Virus record (IMG/VR): IMGVR_UViG_2711768056_000001
Coordinates: 1 to 7,916 of that record
Strand: one strand, 5' to 3'
DNA: 7,916 nt
Origin: a virus
Lineage: Duplodnaviria > Heunggongvirae > Uroviricota > Caudoviricetes
A model generated the notes under the pieces. That model ran no database searches and was not told where the DNA came from. It saw only the letters and a list, made by a program, of their open reading frames with translations. Shown here piece after piece: positions 7,422 through 7,916 of this stretch. Both the position numbers and the translations under genes were made by a program. Positions within the stretch are counted from its first letter, which is position 1, and every line of letters begins with the position of its first letter.

Positions 7422-7863
7422 TCTCGTTCTAAAGTCTTTACGAAAAGCCGGGCTGTATTCCAATGCCACGTTGACAGATGCTGACCCTCAGGCAATTGAA
7501 GATGCCATTAATGACCTCGAAGACATGATGGCAGCATGGCAGGCTAAAGGTATCGAGCTTGGGTATCAGTTTGCTGATACAGAAAACGGCATCATGCCGT
7601 TACCTGACGATGATTCAGGTATCCCTGCATGGGCAAATGATGGCGTCGCTTTGAAACTCGCTGTGCAAGTGTGCATGGATAACGTCATTCAGCCGTCGGA
7701 TGCTCTCCTTACCGCTGCTGACAGCGCATATCAGACAATCTGTATCGCTTTAACCAAAATACCACCACTTGAGCGGCGAAATGATATGCCTCGCGGTAGT
7801 GGTAACAAAAGCGCGTTTACGTGGAATCGGTTTTACATCGAGAAAGATGATCCGAGTACGTGA
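7402..7863 (+). CDS. Head-completion / tail accessory protein (153 aa), P22 gp4-like
   Basis: N-terminal pattern KTKGDLV..L.K.G...ATLTD..PQ...DA..DLE.MMA.W matches my recollection of P22 gp4. Position (after coat, before the gp10-like gene) and size (P22 gp4 about 166 aa) agree. Overlaps the upstream ORF by 20 nt. Confidence 0.72.
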   Translation: MAKTKGDLVLKSLRKAGLYSNATLTDADPQAIEDAINDLEDMMAAWQAKGIELGYQFADTENGIMPLPDDDSGIPAWANDGVALKLAVQVCMDNVIQPSDALLTAADSAYQTICIALTKIPPLERRNDMPRGSGNKSAFTWNRFYIEKDDPST

Positions 7864-7872
7864 GGTGAATAA

Positions 7873-7916
7873 ATGCCGATTCAGCAACTTCCGCTTATGA
7901 AAGGTGTCGGCAAAGA
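7873..7916 (+). CDS. 5' end (partial, 14 codons) of a gp10-like tail hub / head-completion protein gene, truncated by the window edge
   Basis: ATG at 7873 with a GAGGTG ribosome-binding site 5 nt upstream. Translation MPIQQLPLMKGVGK closely matches the N-terminus I recall for P22 gp10. Confidence 0.6.
   Translation, partial: MPIQQLPLMKGVGK

Noticed and set aside
991-7469. All minus-strand ORFs in the track (991..1251, 1698..2048, 1756..1962, 2229..2693, 3040..3387, 3685..3969, 4381..4905, 4679..4876, 4889..5077, 5188..5520, 5574..5972, 5950..6237, 6153..6464, 6461..6667, 6570..6788, 6792..7007, 6922..7245, 7083..7469)
   Set aside because: Each lies antisense within a strongly supported + strand structural gene. 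They have no ribosome-binding sites I could find, and several have composition that simply mirrors the sense strand (e.g. the Leu-rich 5188..5520 is antisense to the Glu/Gln-rich scaffold). Treated as shadow ORFs.
1-7916. CRISPR array, integrase, transposase/IS element, toxin-antitoxin or other defence-system signatures
   Set aside because: No direct-repeat/spacer periodicity, no terminal inverted repeats flanking a transposase-like ORF, and no recombinase-like ORF. Every large ORF is accounted for by a virion morphogenesis function.

Overview
This window is an ordinary but complete head-morphogenesis (late operon) block of a P22-like podophage or enterobacterial prophage, with every credible gene on the + strand. 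In order: an intrinsic terminator (11..37), an orphan 95-aa ORF, a 294-bp non-coding spacer with two perfect 7-bp inverted repeats, an 80-aa ORF, terminase small subunit, terminase large subunit (Walker A GGRGSGKS), a P22 gp1-like portal with a Gln/Ala-rich C-terminal tail, an acidic scaffolding protein, a P22 gp5-like coat protein followed by a UUCG-tetraloop terminator, a 62-aa ORF, a gp4-like head-completion protein and the first 44 nt of a gp10-like gene. Gene junctions are tightly packed (ATGA overlap, 1-nt gap, 20-nt overlap). All minus-strand and nested ORFs in the track look like antisense or alternate-frame artefacts. I see no CRISPR array, tRNA, rRNA, integrase or transposase, and no convincing defence or anti-defence system. 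The only places where something unknown could sit are the two small ORFs and the spacer in 1..880 upstream of terS. Protein identifications rest on recalled similarity to P22 and Sf6 proteins and motif reading, not on a database search.
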